A stretch of 64,000 nt of DNA from Kiritimatiellia bacterium (GTDB taxonomy: Bacteria > Verrucomicrobiota > Kiritimatiellia > RFP12 > UBA1067): assembly GCA_017450695.1 (NCBI GenBank), contig JAFSTA010000254.1:272-64271 (forward strand), in the 5' to 3' direction. Numbering within the stretch: the stretch's first letter is position 1; every line of letters starts with the position of its first letter. Positions 62,601 through 64,000 of the stretch are shown one piece after another. The notes under the pieces are model-generated. The model did not search any database. It was not told the origin of the DNA and saw nothing but the letters and a program-made list of their open reading frames with translations. A program made the position numbers and the translations under genes.

Positions 62601-62689
62601 GGCGTGACAATCCGTTCCGTCTTCGGGTCCTGATAACCCGTATCCGTCGGCGTCACCTCGATTCTGTCCGTCTCGTTTTTCTCGTCCAT
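59618..62689 (-). CDS. Membrane Ser/Thr protein kinase with double zinc ribbon, single TM and a periplasmic domain built of ~60-aa repeats
   Basis: Hanks kinase motifs GSGGMGIVY, AIK, HRDLNPSNILL, DFGLA. Four CxxC pairs (CKWCD...CAECG...CPECG...CGTCG). TM FWTLVCCFVMMMFYLISLPVV. Four repeats of W..YL..L..L...Y...G...GW..V..EI.RFE. Confidence 0.85.
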   Translation of the reverse strand: MDEKNETDRIEVTPTDTGYQDPKTERIVTPVSGESGDHTVVIPPEGDQSVSEPGNEDLFSQYTIYSKIGSGGMGIVYLARDKRLGRFVAIKRLNHQAQSIAVLRKRFLHEARAVASLSHNHIVHIYALGEDNDGPYIVMEYIAGPDDTIVRKKTEAGGLVNPNPPLTLDRYVSRHGSLSADESIDLILKITSAVAYAHSCGVIHRDLNPSNILLDKISEPTIVDFGLARLKQAGLDESQLTVPGEKLLSLGYGAPEQESDARHTDERSDVYGLGALLYFMLTGQNPRYFREQDIPVTLRELVVKALATDKEQRWVSAAAFMDALQKVQNKTRIEIPTVKTTWRCKWCDAVNPLTTKFCAECGWDGSESCPECGADTFVGVQYCGTCGADARAYEVVQQLIRKMKEAMSLQRYDRVVSYAGRVNGFEPAGPSGRKYLQEIATMREEAGRLIRRREQLKEQIPIEMNAENYERAARFIQQYRLLAEDRNEFEAELRQIPALTAQRDILRAQQCIHNGEWHSTVRLYNDLERIVASDDPELMKIRRAIHRHEVVRNTFWTLVCCFVMMMFYLISLPVVAHFQKPPFPTALRLAYEPAHAFYDWTGRIIPHFTEYCVTPLLPPKSGLNDFFMRGEKAASLPVTAAATNAPNVKTVSETALVLRKKKGDYERQLEGIAAQMHDFDQTWPTSYLNELEQLQQVRQESGDFEGYMQVQSEITRFDETHLLPSGTETNTASSELKLLWKKYRQLQSDQRLVHSRKVVTLGKKYVNELTELQSGLTKKGNLDEAKSVNDEILRVKNASEMLEAEKTLAAAQHAADSEPGPPQVVLLSTTTGETRLRDVEQMRAEYEKTLTAAMKEFAGQMDAWPDAYLGKLHELMDQYQRAGNYSGWESVRYEIGRFEADRELTAGNLADLAAPELPVLQQRYVDEQVSIRRKRSERVIGITEEYLQKLRDFQKKLTVAGHMDAAALVNTEIRRVRTQMVYLEAKNELQPAGPPAPPELQGTNAVLDVTVHTNGAVKVTTRP

Positions 62690-63060
62690 GCAGCAGACCT
62701 CCGTTTCATTCTCAAATGACGCCAGTATATCAAACCCCGCAACCAATATTCAATCAATATTCAATCCTGAGTATTAGGGTGTGGCGCATCTCCGAATCGT
62801 ACATGTATCCCGGAATCGACTCGGTTTCGCCGTCCGAACAGATACGCATTCCAAGCGGCACGATGCGGATACGCCCAGTGTCAATCGCCACTGTGGTTTT
62901 TCCGCGCGTGTCGGTTGTCGCGTGTCGCATGGTCTCGTCCGTCGCGTATGTCCCGTCCCGCCGCGAAAGACACGCGACACGCGACAGGCGAAACGACCCA
63001 ATTCCACGGCGCGGAACCGTCATCGAGGGACGCGCTCCGTCGCGTCCGAGACAGCCCAAC

Positions 63061-63140
63061 TGGTAGGGCGCGTGATCCCTAACGCGCCGCACCACCGGAT
63101 AATCCGCCCCGCATGGTAGGGCGGCTTGTCCCCAAGCCGC
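63061..63140 (+). repeat. Tandem REP-like hairpins (GGTAGGGCGCGTGATCCCTAACGCGCC / GGTAGGGCGGCTTGTCCCCAAGCCGCC)
   Basis: Two adjacent GC-rich stem-loops sharing a GGTAGGGCG leader. Confidence 0.6.
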
Positions 63141-63273
63141 CGCTCCTCGCCGTCAGCCGTGAACTACGGAAGGGGCGCGATCCGGCGCGTCCACATACCC
63201 CTCTCACTTCAGACCGTTCTCAATCGACGCTACTATTGAAGAACTGAAGAATCGAATACGCGCACTTCGTTCG

Positions 63274-64000
63274 CTAGTTGGAGTTTCCGTGGACAGGGCG
63301 AATAGACTGCCCGTCATCGCGGTAGCCGTAGCCCGTGTCGTGGTTGCCCGAATCGAAATGCAATATTCCGGCGAGGTGTCCGATGTTGCTGTTCGAGTTC
63401 GGGACGGACGACCAATAGATGCCGCACCAACCGGAACAGAGCGAAGTCCCCCTGCCGAACCCGGCGCAGGGGAGGAAGATGCTGTTGGAAGCGTAAGTAC
63501 CCCTTCCGCGAACAACGTACCCGTTTACGCCGAACATCGTCGTCCATGTCCAGTCGCATTTGTTGTTGAGATCGGATAGTTCCTGAAATGTCGGCATACG
63601 CCAGCCGTCGCCCCACTGTACCTGCGCCGCGTCATGTGCCGGCGCGAGGACGTACGCATCCTTCGACACGATCCTCCCCTCGCTCTGCAAAGTAGCAATG
63701 TTCTTATTGGACGTTGGACATACCCCGAATGAAAAATTGAACGTCTCTCCTTCCGGATGATATCCCGTCGTGTCGCCCCACCAGAAATAGAGACCGTAGT
63801 CCCAAGGATTATCCGCACCGATATTCCTGTCAGCCCAATACGGGCCTCCCTCCCAAAGCTGAACCTTTTTGGGGGTCTCTTGCGTTTCGGTTAAAATCGT
63901 CTCACCATCGTCTTTCAACGTAATGGACTCGTTTGTAGCGATTAGAACCGCCGCGCTACCCTTGCCCTTCAGGACGGCGGTACCGTACCCGTTGCCGCCC
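63274..64000 (-). CDS. FISUMP (Fibrobacter succinogenes major paralogous) domain protein, 5' part beyond window end
   Basis: FISUMP hallmarks LWEGGPYWADRNIGA, GWRMPTFQEL and CAGFGRGTSLCSGWCGIYWSS. ORF stays open to the window edge. Upstream residues GYGTAVLKGKGSAAVL match the C-terminus of the 31237-36855 protein. Confidence 0.7.
   Translation of the reverse strand, partial: GGNGYGTAVLKGKGSAAVLIATNESITLKDDGETILTETQETPKKVQLWEGGPYWADRNIGADNPWDYGLYFWWGDTTGYHPEGETFNFSFGVCPTSNKNIATLQSEGRIVSKDAYVLAPAHDAAQVQWGDGWRMPTFQELSDLNNKCDWTWTTMFGVNGYVVRGRGTYASNSIFLPCAGFGRGTSLCSGWCGIYWSSVPNSNSNIGHLAGILHFDSGNHDTGYGYRDDGQSIRPVHGNSN

Noticed and set aside
59501-62719. 1072-aa plus-strand ORF
   Set aside because: Antisense to the Ser/Thr kinase gene. 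Arg/Leu-rich low-complexity translation typical of high-GC antisense frames, with no recognisable motifs.

Overview
This is a high-GC (~60-65%) bacterial chromosomal segment. Its gene content points to the PVC superphylum (Lentisphaerota, Kiritimatiellota or Verrucomicrobiota-like). The evidence is a DUF1559 prepilin-type protein, no ribosomal protein L30, FISUMP and Listeria-Bacteroides repeat domains, and secreted glycoside hydrolases. Core genes are ptsN, single-chain purL, and a complete S10-spc ribosomal operon on the minus strand running fusA-rpsJ ... rplO-secY with a clean terminator. Others are rph, a UDP-xylose-synthase-like SDR, recA, tsaC, yggS, cysK, a beta-carbonic anhydrase and metY. 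Accessory content is rich. There is a secreted GH95 fucosidase and a beta-propeller glycosidase next to a decayed sugar-porter/AGE-epimerase operon. Two giant secreted proteins are present, a 1872-aa reprolysin-like metzincin and a 2346-aa LTD-like protein. A phage-type integrase sits next to an AT-rich array of phased repeats. A low-GC AAA ATPase (DUF4143) cassette is inserted exactly at the 3' end of a tetR gene. A membrane Ser/Thr kinase carries a double zinc ribbon and novel periplasmic repeats. The most unusual locus is a REP-bracketed RAYT (Y1 HUH transposase) fused in frame to a DprA-like Rossmann domain, lying where rpsL-rpsG would precede fusA. Intergenic space is packed with at least four families of mosaic, hairpin-forming dispersed repeats. 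Several genes carry frameshifts at homopolymers, which may be true pseudogenes or sequencing errors.
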